Source of the DNA: Candidatus Saccharimonadota bacterium
Lineage (GTDB): Bacteria > Patescibacteriota > Saccharimonadia > Saccharimonadales > OFTM59
Direction of reading: 5' to 3'
Length of the DNA stretch: 64,000 bases
Assembly (NCBI GenBank): GCA_029260855.1
Contig: JAJDCK010000001.1
Span: 1,705 to 65,704, forward strand
Part shown: piece after piece, positions 49,118 to 60,145 of the stretch
How positions within the stretch are numbered: position 1 is the first letter of the stretch
How the letters are laid out: each line of letters starts with the position of its first letter
The notes under the pieces: generated by a model
What the model was told of the DNA's origin: nothing
Databases searched by the model: none
What the model saw: the letters and a program-made list of their open reading frames with translations, nothing else
Program-made: the position numbers and the translations under genes

Positions 49118-49668
49118 GGCTTCAGTTTCTTGATATTCTCAACTGGCCGATAAGCGCTCATTAGTTTTCGTTCAACTTGGCGAGTTCTGAAGATACGATC
49201 CAGCGGGTTGTCGTTACCTAGACCCCCAACCCAGATAGTAGTCATACCCGCACGTTTGGCGCCCCACATATCAGCTATAAGCTTATCTCCAATCATGGCA
49301 GTCTCGGCTGGCTTAGAGTTGAGCTCTTTATAAACGCGCTCAAAGAAACGCTTGCTTGGTTTACGGGTAAACAGTGTGGCGCGCACGACTTTTGCTTCTA
49401 TACTGTTAGCCAGGGGTTGTAGATCATTAGTTATGCGATTACTTGCAATGCACCATTTTTTAAAAAGATGGCGCTTGCTGCGCAGAAACTGCTTGGTCAC
49501 GCGCATCATGGTCTTGCCGCGAAAGTTCACCAGCGTACTGTCGGCATCAAAGGCAACATAATGGATGCCGTGTTTTTTCAGCAGAGCAAAATCAATGTCA
49601 TCCAGCGACGATGCCATATAGTCCGGCACAAATCGGGGCGTTCGCGCACCCCTTTTTAACGCTATCAT
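49114..49668 (-). CDS. YqeG-family HAD IIIA phosphatase
   Basis: FDADSTL, SN, KP, MIGDKL..D. Confidence 0.85.
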   Translation of the reverse strand: MIALKRGARTPRFVPDYMASSLDDIDFALLKKHGIHYVAFDADSTLVNFRGKTMMRVTKQFLRSKRHLFKKWCIASNRITNDLQPLANSIEAKVVRATLFTRKPSKRFFERVYKELNSKPAETAMIGDKLIADMWGAKRAGMTTIWVGGLGNDNPLDRIFRTRQVERKLMSAYRPVENIKKLKP

Positions 49669-49675
49669 GTAGCTA

Positions 49676-50539
49676 TTATAAGGCAGAACTCGCCTGGACC
49701 ACCACACACTGCTCGCAATATTCGGTAGATACACAAGATGGACAAACCAACACCAGACGATTGCAGGCTACGTTGCTACAGTTGGTGTGGTTGCTTGTGT
49801 CACCCTGGCAGTGTACGCATTTTCCAATATCTTTACTATTTTCTGAAAAACCTACGTTCAAGCGCTTGTCGAATACATAACATTTCCCCTCCCACAAACC
49901 CTCATCTTTGAACTCTTGACCGTATTTTACGATACCGCCGTCTAGGTGATAGACCTCACCAAAACCTTTGTGCCGCATATAGGCACTTAAGTATTCACAC
50001 CGCACGTCACCGGTACAATACGTTAATATTGGCTGGTCTTTGGGCAGTTTTTCAAGCTCATGCTTTATGTCGCGAAAGTTTTTAATTTTTGGCTTAATGA
50101 CATTCCTGCCCTTAAATGCGCCGATCTCGCTTTCATAATCATTGCGCGCATCTAGCACTATGGCATCAGGGTTCTTTTCAAGGTAGCTGTGCCAAGCTTT
50201 CGGCTTAAGGCCTTTAGTGCTGTTAAATACATCGAAATTCTCCTCGGGCGCTAATGCTACAAGCTCCGGCCGGACTTTTATAGAGAGGCGCGGGAAATCA
50301 TCACGCTCACCATCACTCCATTTGTATTGGGCTTTTTTAAACAGCGGGTGCCTGTTCATATCCCGAATGTACATTTTCACGTTTTCCATTTCGCCACCGA
50401 CCGTACCATTGATTCCTTGTTTAGCAATAATGATACGCCCTTTAAGATTAAGCCGCTCACATAAATTTCTTTGCCAAAACATGACGGTCTCCGGGTCAGG
50501 TACAGGAACAAATTTATAGTACAAAATAATCTTTTGCAT
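49676..50539 (-). CDS. trhO: Rhodanese-domain tRNA U34 hydroxylase (UPF0176)
   Basis: LYYKF, GINGT, DARNDYE, YCTGDVRCE, GKCYVFDKR. Confidence 0.88.
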   Translation of the reverse strand: MQKIILYYKFVPVPDPETVMFWQRNLCERLNLKGRIIIAKQGINGTVGGEMENVKMYIRDMNRHPLFKKAQYKWSDGERDDFPRLSIKVRPELVALAPEENFDVFNSTKGLKPKAWHSYLEKNPDAIVLDARNDYESEIGAFKGRNVIKPKIKNFRDIKHELEKLPKDQPILTYCTGDVRCEYLSAYMRHKGFGEVYHLDGGIVKYGQEFKDEGLWEGKCYVFDKRLNVGFSENSKDIGKCVHCQGDTSNHTNCSNVACNRLVLVCPSCVSTEYCEQCVVVQASSAL

Positions 50540-50573
50540 AGTCCTTTATTATACCAAACTAATCTATACCGTA

Positions 50574-50607
50574 TTCATAATTACGACGGCCGTACTATAA
50601 TTGAATA
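50574..50607. repeat. 34-bp imperfect repeat, copy 1 (semi-palindromic)
   Basis: TTCATAATTACGACGGCCGTACTATAATTGAATA. Confidence 0.7.
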
Positions 50608-50608
50608 C

Positions 50609-51091
50609 ATGGCTCAATTAAGCCCGTCTGCAAGGTATGTACTTGAAGCACTTATTCCCTACAGTGAGGCTAACTTGCGGTTAGCGTTTAAGCCCGCGTC
50701 CTTCTTCCAGATTTTAGAGAAAAAAAGCAAAACCAAGCAACGCACACTAAGAAGCGCCTATTATCGAGCTGTGCAAAAAGGATTGTTGACGATTGACGAT
50801 ACAGGAATTCCACGCCTAACAGCAAAGGGCCGACACAAGATTAAGCCCTATAACCCTGTAAGCCTCGCAAGAAACTCTTGCCTGCTAGTAGTCTTTGACA
50901 TTTTAGAAACCGAGCGCGCCAAACGTAATCATTTGCGGGCATTGTTACGTGAACTTTCCTTTAAAAAGGTCCAGCAAAGCGTATGGGTGTCACAGTATGA
51001 TCACCGTGAATATTTGGCGATGGAGCTTAAAGAATATGATCTACTAGCCAGCGTGCTGGTATATGAAGCACTAAAACTCCCTCTTAAGTAA
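50609..51091 (+). CDS. PaaX-like protein (winged helix plus Cas2-like domain)
   Basis: RLTAKG, VVFDI.E..R.KR..LR..L....F..VQQSVW. Confidence 0.82.
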   Translation: MAQLSPSARYVLEALIPYSEANLRLAFKPASFFQILEKKSKTKQRTLRSAYYRAVQKGLLTIDDTGIPRLTAKGRHKIKPYNPVSLARNSCLLVVFDILETERAKRNHLRALLRELSFKKVQQSVWVSQYDHREYLAMELKEYDLLASVLVYEALKLPLK

Positions 51092-51093
51092 GT

Positions 51094-51127
51094 TTCATTT
51101 TTGCGACGGCCGTCAGTGTTTTGAATA
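51094..51127. repeat. 34-bp imperfect repeat, copy 2
   Basis: TTCATTTTTGCGACGGCCGTCAGTGTTTTGAATA. Confidence 0.7.
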
Positions 51128-51430
51128 TGGTGGTGTGTATTTTTTATCTTTCGTTCGGCAATCTTTAGGGCTAGCGCTTTATAAGAACTGGGTGGGAAGG
51201 TTTGGAAAAATTTTGGAAAATCCTTTATAACAGTGGTATAATTGTTGACATTATTACAAATTTAAGGAAAGGGCTGTACCAATAGTGTTCTGTAATTCTG
51301 TCAATGACTTTATCTGTGCTAACTTAGCCGCCCTGACCACTTCATAGCCATCCAGCAAAATTCTGAAATAAAAAGATAGTTTTTAAATCGTGTTTCATTA
51401 ATAAATGTGGGGGAAGGAGACTCCCGTATA

Positions 51431-53212
51431 ATGCCAAAAAGCCTTAACGAACAAGCGATCAGACTTGTGCTCTCACATTACTGGCAGCAACTGAAGCTAG
51501 ACAAGCGCTACGCTTTGCCTGGTTTGTTGTTGCCAGGTATCTGCAGTATTTTGGTGTTTTACGTGCCACCTATAATTATCGCTAAGATTCTAAACTTTTT
51601 AGGCGCAAACCCAGACTTCAATATTGTTCAGCTGATGCCTTACGTTGCTGCCTTTGCAGGATCATGGCTACTTGGTGAAATTTGTTGGCGTATCGGCGAA
51701 CATTATGTTATACGGGCTGAGACGCAAGGTAATCAGCGGTTATCTGTTAATGCGATGGATTATCTTTTCGAAAAAGACCTGGGTTTTTATAACGATAATT
51801 TTGCTGGATCACTTACAAAAAAAGTTATGGGCTATACGGGCAGCTATATTCGACTGTTTGATACATTATTGTTCAATATTAGCCCCCGGCTCATACCACT
51901 GATATTTGTCATCTTTGTGCTGGCTAGCTTCTCGCCATGGTTGATCGTGACCTTACTGGGTATGACCACCCTCACCTTGTTGATTGTTTTGCCTAGAATA
52001 AAACACCGTCAAAAACTTGTCGTTGCCCGTGAGCGGGCCGCGAACGTATTGTCTGGTAACATCTCTGACACTATTGCTAATATGGCCGCAGTGAAGGGAT
52101 TTGCGAAAGAACTCTACGAAAAGTCTCGGCACACTTCATACAGCCAAGACCACAGCGACAAAATCAAGCAATCATGGGATTATCAGAACTTACATATAAA
52201 TACGATAATCTCCCCGCTTTACGTATTAACAAACGCACTAGGGCTTGTGCTGGCTTTGACCGTAAGCCGCGGCAACGCTTCGGCAGTTGAAGTTGTTGTT
52301 GTTACCTTCAGCTACTTCACATTAGTGACTCGGGTCATGTGGGAGTTCAACATGGTTTACCGTGTTATTGAAACTAATCTGACTGAGGCTGCTCAATTTA
52401 CAGAGTTGCTGCTCAGCAGACCGACGATTTCGGATGCAAAAAATTCTGAGCCTCTTAATGTCAAGCAAGGAGTTATAAGGTTTCATGATGTTGTTTTTCG
52501 TTATCATGATAATCGTGGTGACCATCTCTTCAGTGATTTTAATCTTGATATAAAGGATGGGGAGAAAATCGGTCTGGTTGGACGTTCTGGCGGAGGAAAA
52601 ACCACTCTGACCAAACTTCTTCTGCGGTTTATGGATATTGATTCAGGGAGTATTTCCATCGACGGACAAGACATTACTAAGCTTAAACAGCATGATCTCA
52701 GAAGCGCTATTACCTATGTACCCCAGGAACCATTATTATTCCACCGTAGTCTTAGAGAAAATATACGATACGGTGATACCGATGCGGTTGACGCAGAAAT
52801 TGAAAAAGCGGCTAGGTTAGCCCACGCACATGAGTTTATAGAAAAACTACCTGACGGGTACAGGACGCTGGTGGGCGAACGTGGAGTCAAACTGTCGGGC
52901 GGACAACGACAACGTATAGCAATCGCTAGGGCCATGCTTAAAAATGCGCCGATACTTTTATTGGACGAGGCAACTAGCGCTCTAGACTCAGAGAGCGAGG
53001 TATTAATTCAAGACGCCTTGTGGAAATTAATGAAAAACAAAACAGCAATAGTTATTGCCCATCGTTTAAGCACCATTCAGCGCATGGATCGTATTATCGT
53101 GCTGGATGAGGGTAAAATCGTTGAAGAAGGCAGTCACAGAGAATTGCTAGCTAAAAGCGGAACGTATGCTCGTCTGTGGGCCCATCAATCGGGTGGATTT
53201 TTAGAAGATTAA
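51431..53212 (+). CDS. ABC exporter, fused permease/ATPase
   Basis: TM domain plus GRSGGGKT, LSGGQRQR, LDEATSALD. Confidence 0.93.
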   Translation: MPKSLNEQAIRLVLSHYWQQLKLDKRYALPGLLLPGICSILVFYVPPIIIAKILNFLGANPDFNIVQLMPYVAAFAGSWLLGEICWRIGEHYVIRAETQGNQRLSVNAMDYLFEKDLGFYNDNFAGSLTKKVMGYTGSYIRLFDTLLFNISPRLIPLIFVIFVLASFSPWLIVTLLGMTTLTLLIVLPRIKHRQKLVVARERAANVLSGNISDTIANMAAVKGFAKELYEKSRHTSYSQDHSDKIKQSWDYQNLHINTIISPLYVLTNALGLVLALTVSRGNASAVEVVVVTFSYFTLVTRVMWEFNMVYRVIETNLTEAAQFTELLLSRPTISDAKNSEPLNVKQGVIRFHDVVFRYHDNRGDHLFSDFNLDIKDGEKIGLVGRSGGGKTTLTKLLLRFMDIDSGSISIDGQDITKLKQHDLRSAITYVPQEPLLFHRSLRENIRYGDTDAVDAEIEKAARLAHAHEFIEKLPDGYRTLVGERGVKLSGGQRQRIAIARAMLKNAPILLLDEATSALDSESEVLIQDALWKLMKNKTAIVIAHRLSTIQRMDRIIVLDEGKIVEEGSHRELLAKSGTYARLWAHQSGGFLED

Positions 53213-53943
53213 GACTGGTTGTCGTTGGGTTTAGGTTCTTTTTGTTGTTTAGTGCCTGGCTGGTCCTCTGCGGACTGCGGCTCTTGGTCAGCGCCAGCTC
53301 CATGTTCGGACTCAACATCCTCGGCTTCTCCAGCCGTTTGCTCTGCATGTTCAGCAGCTGCGGCATTGGCTTCTGCTTCTTGGTCTTTTGGCATTTCCAC
53401 GACCGCTAACTGTGTTTCGGGAGGAGTTAAGACCGTTACACCAGCGGGAACCTTTAGATCTGCGACCGTAAGGTGGTCACCAACTTCAGCCAAGGTAGAT
53501 GGATCAATAAGCAGCTGGTCGGGCAGGTCTTTTGGCAGTGCCTTTACCTCAACATGGTCAAGCTGCTGTAAGATCATAAGGCTAAGCTTCTCTGCCGGAA
53601 TGTCTACGTCCATAAACTCAACTGGAATTTCAGCTTCTACGGCTTCGTTTTGTCTTATGGCCTGAAAAACTACGTGGCGCATGCGCCGTTTGGCCGGCTC
53701 ATAATCCACATCTTTTATAAGTGCCAAATGGTTTTTAGCACCGACTTTTAATTCTACAGGGTGGTGCTTTCCCGCCGCCGCATACGCCTTGCTTAAGGCT
53801 ACATAATCGCCCGACACATGGATAGACGGCTTGCCGTGATCATGAATAACCGCAGGGACTAGACTCTTTGCGCGCAAACCCTGCAAACCCTTGCCTATAA
53901 TTGTGCGTTCTACTAACTCAATACCGATACTGTCGCTGGACAT
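53209..53943 (-). CDS. rplY: 50S ribosomal protein L25/Ctc
   Basis: VPAVI, HVVF, ALPKDLP; acidic tail; GGAGG RBS. Confidence 0.9.
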   Translation of the reverse strand: MSSDSIGIELVERTIIGKGLQGLRAKSLVPAVIHDHGKPSIHVSGDYVALSKAYAAAGKHHPVELKVGAKNHLALIKDVDYEPAKRRMRHVVFQAIRQNEAVEAEIPVEFMDVDIPAEKLSLMILQQLDHVEVKALPKDLPDQLLIDPSTLAEVGDHLTVADLKVPAGVTVLTPPETQLAVVEMPKDQEAEANAAAAEHAEQTAGEAEDVESEHGAGADQEPQSAEDQPGTKQQKEPKPNDNQS

Positions 53944-53999
53944 TTGTTCCTCCAAATTTTCTGTTTCCTTATTATAGCAAACAAGTTAACCTTATAGGT

Positions 54000-54653
54000 A
54001 TGTTTGATGTTGCACAGCTCATACAAGCAGGCGGCATTTTACTAATTGCAGCAATCGTGTTTGCTGAGTCCGGCTTGTTGGTCGGCTTCTTTCTCCCTGG
54101 CGACTCACTTTTGTTCGGGGCTGGTCTGGCGGCCTCTCAGGGGCGATTTTCACTTTTAGCTTTGATCTTGGCCGTGATAGCCGCAGCGATAATTGGTGAT
54201 AACGTCGGCTACAGTATCGGTAGACGTGCAGGACCTCGTCTTTTTCGTCGCAAGGACAGTTTATTTTTTAGGCAAGAATATCTGGAACAGGCCGAAAAGT
54301 TTTATAAACGTCATGGCGGAAAAACCATAATACTAGCGCGCTTTACGCCAATTGTAAGAACATTCGCTCCCGTCGTCGCAGGTGCTAGCAAGATGTCTCG
54401 CGAACGTTTTCTGCTTTTTAACGTTGTTGGCGGGGTAATATGGGGCGCCGGGCTACCTCTATTGGGCTACTGGATAGGTGGGAGAATCCCGCACCTTGAT
54501 AGACACATCGAAACTGTCATGATTGGTGTTGTTGTCGCCAGCTTGGGGCTAGCCTTATTTCACTTACTGAAAGACCAGGAGACACGCAAACTCCTAGCCG
54601 ATAAGGCTCGTGTCGTGCTTCGTAATATCCTTCTGAACAAAAAAATAGACTAG
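54000..54653 (+). CDS. DedA family membrane protein
   Basis: FAESGL..GFFLPGDSLL, LARF.P..RT. Confidence 0.92.
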   Translation: MFDVAQLIQAGGILLIAAIVFAESGLLVGFFLPGDSLLFGAGLAASQGRFSLLALILAVIAAAIIGDNVGYSIGRRAGPRLFRRKDSLFFRQEYLEQAEKFYKRHGGKTIILARFTPIVRTFAPVVAGASKMSRERFLLFNVVGGVIWGAGLPLLGYWIGGRIPHLDRHIETVMIGVVVASLGLALFHLLKDQETRKLLADKARVVLRNILLNKKID

Positions 54654-54656
54654 ATT

Positions 54657-57467
54657 CTACAGAGTTTTTTTCAGAAACTGCCCCGTATAGCTTTTGCCGT
54701 GTCTTGCAACAACATCTGGAGTCCCCTCAGCAACAATCTGACCACCCGCATCGCCACCTTCGGGACCCATGTCGATTACATGGTCCGCGTTTTTAATGAC
54801 ATCAATGTTATGCTCGATCACTATCATACTGTTGCCTGCGTCCACGAGCGCATGCAACACACTGAGCAGCTTATTAACATCAGCAACGTGTAGACCCGTC
54901 GTAGGTTCATCAAGTATATAAAGCGTACGCCCGGTCGGTCGGCGCGATAGCTCGGTAGCTAGCTTAACTCGCTGTGCCTCGCCACCAGATAAAGTAGTAG
55001 CGGGCTGCCCAAGTGTGATGTAGCCTAGGCCAACCTCTACTAAAGTCTGTAGCTTACGTGCTATTACTGGAATATTATTAAAAAATTCTGACGCAGTTTC
55101 GCAGGTCATTTCAAGAATGTCACTGATAGCCCTGCCTTTATAGTGGACTTCTAGAGCTTCACGGTTATAGCGCTTGCCTTTGCACATATCGCACGGCACG
55201 TATACGTCAGGCAAAAAATGCATCTCAATTTTTATGATGCCGTCACCGGCACAGTTTTCGCATCGTCCACCGCGGACATTGAAACTAAATCTACCCGGGC
55301 CATAGCCCCGGACCTTAGCTTCAGGCACACTGGCAAATAGTTCACGAATTGGGGTAAACAGCCCTGTATAGGTTGCGGGATTTGAGCGAGGGGTGCGTCC
55401 GATTGGTGACTGATCAATAATAATGGCTTTATCGAGGTGCTTTATACCTTCTATGTCGTCATGCCGCCCCGGTACAGTATTGGCGCGCATGAGTCGGGCC
55501 GACAGCTCTCTCGCTAGAATATCGTTGATCAAAGATGATTTGCCGGAGCCAGATACGCCACTCACAACCACCAGCTTACCCAAAGGAATACTGACGGTTA
55601 CGTCTTTTAGGTTATTCTCCTTCGCTCCTCGAATAATAAGCTGCTTGCCACTTCCGGGGCGTCGCTTTTTTGGAACAGGAATGTTTTTTTCACCACGCAA
55701 ATACTGCCCGGTGATACTGTTTTTTGACTTCGCTACTTCGCTTGGTTTTCCTTCGGCTACAATATGACCACCATGTATACCCGCTCCGGGGCCCATGTCG
55801 AGAAGATAATCTGCAGTTCGAATCGTTTCTTCGTCATGCTCAACTACAATTACTGTATTCCCCAGATCTCTTAGGTGCTTGAGTGTACGGATTAAGCGTT
55901 CATTGTCGCGCTGATGTAGCCCGATACTGGGTTCGTCCAACACATACAGAACCCCCTGAAGCCCAGAGCCAATCTGAGTAGCCAAGCGAATTCGCTGCGC
56001 CTCACCGCCTGAAAGTGTTACTGCACTGCGCGCAAGATTCAAGTAGTTGAGCCCTACATCCTGCATGAAAGTTAGGCGAGCGCGGATTTCTTTTAATATT
56101 TGGCGAGCTATCTGTGATTCTTTTGCATCAAGCTTCAGACCATCAAAAAACTTGATCGCCTCATCGATGCTTAGCTCGCAAATATCCATGACTGAAAGTT
56201 TGGCAACGGTAATAGCTAATACTTCCGGCCGAAGACGACGGCCATGGCATTCGTGACAAGGGCGCTCCCTCATAAAACGCTCTATGTCACGACGCATAAA
56301 ATCACTATCTGTTTCTTTATGGCGACGCTCTAGGTTCGGTATTACCCCTTCATAAGTTGTCTCAAACGAGCGCCCCATACTTAGGCTAACTTTGTATTTA
56401 TCGCTGCCGGTTCCGTAAAGGATTTTGTCCAAATCTTGCTGCCTAAGCTCACTTGTAGGCACACTAAGACTAAACCCGTATCTGTCCGCGACAGCTTGCA
56501 TTTTTTTCATATACCAGGCGTCAGCGTTGACGCGATTAAATGGACGAATTGCGCCTTCTGAGATTGTGAGCCGCCCGTTCGGTATCACTAGCTCAGGATC
56601 AACTTCCATACGTGAACCCAGCCCGGTACAAACTGGGCACGCACCATGCGGGCTGTTAAAACTAAACGTTCTAGGTTCTAGTTCTGGTATAGCCACATCC
56701 GGATGCTCAATGCATGCATACATCAAACTATAAATAAATTCTTCACCGCTATCGGCGTTAACGATTTTCAGTCGCCCGTCCGCAATATCAAGCGCCTGTT
56801 CTACGGACTGCGTTAGCCGGCTCTTCCCCTCGTCGTCATTAATTAACCGATCAACCACAAGATCAATTGTGTGTTTGAATTTTTTATCTAGCTCAGGGAA
56901 TTCATCCAGGGCGTAAACTACGCCATCCACACGCACGCGCGCAAACCCTGCTCGTTGATATTGTTCGGGTATATGCTCAAATGCCCCCTTTTTATCCATA
57001 ACTATGGGTGACAACACCATCAAGCGGACACCCTTGGGAAGCGAAGAAACTTTATCAACTATTGCAGTTGATGTCTGGCGCACAACTGGACGAGCACAAA
57101 TCGGGCAATGAGGTATGCCAACTCGCGCAAACAGCAAACGCAAATAATCATAAACTTCGGTTACGGTAGCTACCGTACTGCGCGGATTACGGGAGGTTGA
57201 TTTTTGGTCAATACTAATGGCTGGGCTGAGACCATCAATCTGGTCAACGTTGGGCTTTTCCATAAGGCCCAGGAACTGTCGGGCATAGCTACTAAGGGAT
57301 TCGACGTAGCGACGCTGCCCTTCAGCGTAGATAGTATCAAACGCTAAAGACGACTTACCGGACCCGCTGAGCCCAGTAATAACAACTAATTTACCGCGAG
57401 GAATCTCAACATTAACATTTTTCAGATTGTGTTCACGCGCACCCTGGACCTTTATAACGTCTCCCAT
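54657..57467 (-). CDS. uvrA: Excinuclease ABC subunit A
   Basis: [14 protein letters not shown], two LSGGEAQR motifs, zinc fingers. Confidence 0.98.
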   Translation of the reverse strand: MGDVIKVQGAREHNLKNVNVEIPRGKLVVITGLSGSGKSSLAFDTIYAEGQRRYVESLSSYARQFLGLMEKPNVDQIDGLSPAISIDQKSTSRNPRSTVATVTEVYDYLRLLFARVGIPHCPICARPVVRQTSTAIVDKVSSLPKGVRLMVLSPIVMDKKGAFEHIPEQYQRAGFARVRVDGVVYALDEFPELDKKFKHTIDLVVDRLINDDEGKSRLTQSVEQALDIADGRLKIVNADSGEEFIYSLMYACIEHPDVAIPELEPRTFSFNSPHGACPVCTGLGSRMEVDPELVIPNGRLTISEGAIRPFNRVNADAWYMKKMQAVADRYGFSLSVPTSELRQQDLDKILYGTGSDKYKVSLSMGRSFETTYEGVIPNLERRHKETDSDFMRRDIERFMRERPCHECHGRRLRPEVLAITVAKLSVMDICELSIDEAIKFFDGLKLDAKESQIARQILKEIRARLTFMQDVGLNYLNLARSAVTLSGGEAQRIRLATQIGSGLQGVLYVLDEPSIGLHQRDNERLIRTLKHLRDLGNTVIVVEHDEETIRTADYLLDMGPGAGIHGGHIVAEGKPSEVAKSKNSITGQYLRGEKNIPVPKKRRPGSGKQLIIRGAKENNLKDVTVSIPLGKLVVVSGVSGSGKSSLINDILARELSARLMRANTVPGRHDDIEGIKHLDKAIIIDQSPIGRTPRSNPATYTGLFTPIRELFASVPEAKVRGYGPGRFSFNVRGGRCENCAGDGIIKIEMHFLPDVYVPCDMCKGKRYNREALEVHYKGRAISDILEMTCETASEFFNNIPVIARKLQTLVEVGLGYITLGQPATTLSGGEAQRVKLATELSRRPTGRTLYILDEPTTGLHVADVNKLLSVLHALVDAGNSMIVIEHNIDVIKNADHVIDMGPEGGDAGGQIVAEGTPDVVARHGKSYTGQFLKKTL

Positions 57468-57552
57468 AAACCTCCTTTAGGGTCAGGAGAGTATAGCAAA
57501 AATCAGGGAAAGATTCCAGTCTTCTGAGCCGTACACCTCTGCAATAATGTTT

Positions 57553-58299
57553 TTATGTATTGATTAAATCACTGTTGGTATGAATCGAAACCTTACAGTC
57601 AAAATCACCAAGCGCCAGTCGGCCGATTGTAGGAATGTACTGCATAAGCTCCTCCCGCAGCAAATTTCTTTCGTCCCACGATGAATCCTCAGGGAATCTG
57701 GCCGATGGAATGCCTGGAGGTGACATATATGGCGATGCAGCTTTTTTAGACTGAGAATGTCCTATCAAAGCTCTTGCTAATATGCCAGCTTGATCTTTCA
57801 ACATATCAGTCACTGGTAAACTCTCAGACAACGTGAGCACTAGGTCCTTGGTGTTAAGTAAATAGTTCGGCTGAATCATCAAATCGTCACAACAAATTTG
57901 AACTCCTTCTTGTTTTGGTATGTCGTGCTGAAGACCGCTCTGTTCCAGGTTTCTGCGCAATTCACTTTTGTGTCTCCGGTTCGGGTTTAATTCATTTACA
58001 AGCCAGTTAAAGTTAGAGTGCACATTGAGTCGCAGTGGGGCTTGCAAGTAAAGAAGGGTTAGATGCGGCTTATCATTGACACTGAGCCTGGGCGATCCAG
58101 TATCCTGCACTAAGTATCGGGTTGTCGCTTTATCTCCACACTCAACGTTGTACGGAGTAGAGTATGAAGTTATTCCGTCATTACCAAAGATCTGATAGCC
58201 GTAGTGGTGTACCAGTCCAAGAAATTTGTCCAGCCCTCTAACTCGGCGGAATACTTCAAGAGAGCTATAGCCCTCTTGCTCTCGATTTGGTGATGCCAT
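57553..58299 (-). CDS. Hypothetical protein (one HxT motif)
   Basis: 248-aa ORF; KPHLTLL. Confidence 0.6.
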   Translation of the reverse strand: MASPNREQEGYSSLEVFRRVRGLDKFLGLVHHYGYQIFGNDGITSYSTPYNVECGDKATTRYLVQDTGSPRLSVNDKPHLTLLYLQAPLRLNVHSNFNWLVNELNPNRRHKSELRRNLEQSGLQHDIPKQEGVQICCDDLMIQPNYLLNTKDLVLTLSESLPVTDMLKDQAGILARALIGHSQSKKAASPYMSPPGIPSARFPEDSSWDERNLLREELMQYIPTIGRLALGDFDCKVSIHTNSDLINT

Positions 58300-58357
58300 T
58301 ATAAGTAAGCTCGCATATTATTGCATTATATCAGTTTTATGACCTCGTTTTTAGAGC

Positions 58358-59236
58358 TCAGGTGTTTATGTTAACTATAGCTCTTGGGGGGTAAAAGGAT
58401 ATGTTGGGTGGAGGCAGGTCCGTATCTATTGTAGAATTGCCGTAAGCCCTAAAGACGGTTATATGAGGATAGAATCTCTGGACACTCCTGTCAATTACAC
58501 TAGGTTTAAAGTCTTCTTCGTACACTAGATAGTCTACTACTTCTTTTCTCTCAGTATGAATCTGGTCGTTGGCATCTAGGCCTACAGCATACTTAAAATG
58601 GCCCACTTTTTCTAGCACTTGGTTTACGGCATATCGAGCCGGCGTCCATAAAATTCGTGGGGAGCCTACGTCAGCTTGCTGGCGCTCTAAAATGGCAAGG
58701 CGTTCTTCCTCGGACCAACCATTAAGAAATTGCTTGCAGGGATTTTGTATTTGTTCTCCTGGCTTTGCTGCGCGACTATCCGAAAACTCCGCATCTACTT
58801 CGCTCAGGTTGACCTCAAGCATAAATCCAAAACCCCAACGATCTTCTCCTTCAGCGTGTTGATTAAATCGCTTTGCAAGCTGCCTCATGCGTTGTATAAC
58901 AGCGCGTCGGTCTTGAAATAACTTATCCTGGAATCCCAGGTTAATAGCAGTAGCGGTCACGAGAGTGCATCCCATGTCGCTCAATCGTCTTGGCTCACCC
59001 TTCCCATAATTTTTTTCACCTAGATCATCAAGGTAATCGTTCCAGACCTTTTTTTCTTCTACATCGCCATAGTTTACTTTTCGCACTATGCGCAATTCGG
59101 GCGATCGTAGCCCGCTTTTTACGGGATGATTGTCTTGGATACCCCTCATATCCTTATAAGTATCTCCACGATTTCGGTTGCCACTGCCCGTCATTTGCAT
59201 ACGTTGTGCCATGTATGTTTTACCCTCACCCACCAC
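58358..59236 (-). CDS. Hypothetical protein (one HxT motif); start uncertain
   Basis: 292-aa ORF; FYPHITVFR. Confidence 0.6.
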   Translation of the reverse strand: MVGEGKTYMAQRMQMTGSGNRNRGDTYKDMRGIQDNHPVKSGLRSPELRIVRKVNYGDVEEKKVWNDYLDDLGEKNYGKGEPRRLSDMGCTLVTATAINLGFQDKLFQDRRAVIQRMRQLAKRFNQHAEGEDRWGFGFMLEVNLSEVDAEFSDSRAAKPGEQIQNPCKQFLNGWSEEERLAILERQQADVGSPRILWTPARYAVNQVLEKVGHFKYAVGLDANDQIHTERKEVVDYLVYEEDFKPSVIDRSVQRFYPHITVFRAYGNSTIDTDLPPPNISFYPPRAIVNINT

Positions 59237-59451
59237 TTTGTTTTAAAGTTTTGAACTTATGTTCAGTGTAGCAGCATATGTTTCTGCCCGCTAGTATTTT
59301 TGTGTTAGGCTTGTTCGTGTTATGAATATTAAAGCCCCGATTCAGGGTCAGGAAGTTTTTTGGTCGCAATATTTGGGCGCCAGGGCTGTGAAATGACATT
59401 ACTTGGAAGTTACGTAGCCGGCAAATCATAAGAGAGGGGTATAGTATAGGG

Positions 59452-59868
59452 ATGCGACATGTGCGACAGATTATTTTAGATGGTCTTGGGATACTGCTCA
59501 TCTTGGCCGCGCCATTCCTCGGTATACTACCAGGCCCGGGTGGAATCTTAGTATTCGCAGCTGGCTTGTGGCTTTTAGGCCACAATCATGGCTGGGCCAA
59601 AAGATGGCTCGAAAAAACAAAACAAAAAAGCCTGAACTTGGTTGATAGCTTTTTTGTAAACAATCCGTTAGTTCAGGCTCTTTATGATCTTGTAGCCGTT
59701 TTATTAATAATACTTGGCGTGTATATACTAGATACGCGTAGCGGCACCATACCAATTACTTTTGCTAGTCTTTTCAATGTGCTTGGCTTAAGCGTAATTC
59801 TTGGCAACAGAAAACGACTTCAGCGCTTAACAAAGTATCTTTCCGAACTAACCAGTACCAAGAAATAA
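59452..59868 (+). CDS. PGPGW-like membrane protein
   Basis: LPGPG between TM helices, WA motif. Confidence 0.7.
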   Translation: MRHVRQIILDGLGILLILAAPFLGILPGPGGILVFAAGLWLLGHNHGWAKRWLEKTKQKSLNLVDSFFVNNPLVQALYDLVAVLLIILGVYILDTRSGTIPITFASLFNVLGLSVILGNRKRLQRLTKYLSELTSTKK

Positions 59869-59941
59869 TTTATAGCATAAGAATTTATAGAATATACTTG
59901 CTTTTTCTTCAATTACTGTATATTCTATACTAATTAATGGT

Positions 59942-60145
59942 GTGACGGTTATGCTAGAGTTCATCGTTCTTGGCCAAGTGCCTGGAACACATATTCAACT
60001 TACTTTTCCCCAAATACTTACCGTATCTGAACTATACATTCTGTGTTTACTGGTTTTGTATGAAATACATGTTCGGCGCAATATCGTACTTCGGCTCGGT
60101 GGTACAAAAATTCTGAAAAAAGCTATCCTAAATCTGAAGGCATAA
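59942..60145 (+). CDS. Small hypothetical membrane protein
   Basis: 67 aa, VLGQVPGT plus a TM segment; promoter-like TTGCTT/TATACT upstream. Confidence 0.5.
   Translation: MTVMLEFIVLGQVPGTHIQLTFPQILTVSELYILCLLVLYEIHVRRNIVLRLGGTKILKKAILNLKA

Noticed and set aside
50609..51091. Cas2-like motif suggesting a CRISPR-Cas locus
   Set aside because: No repeat-spacer array or other cas genes in the window; the wHTH N-terminus fits PaaX-like proteins
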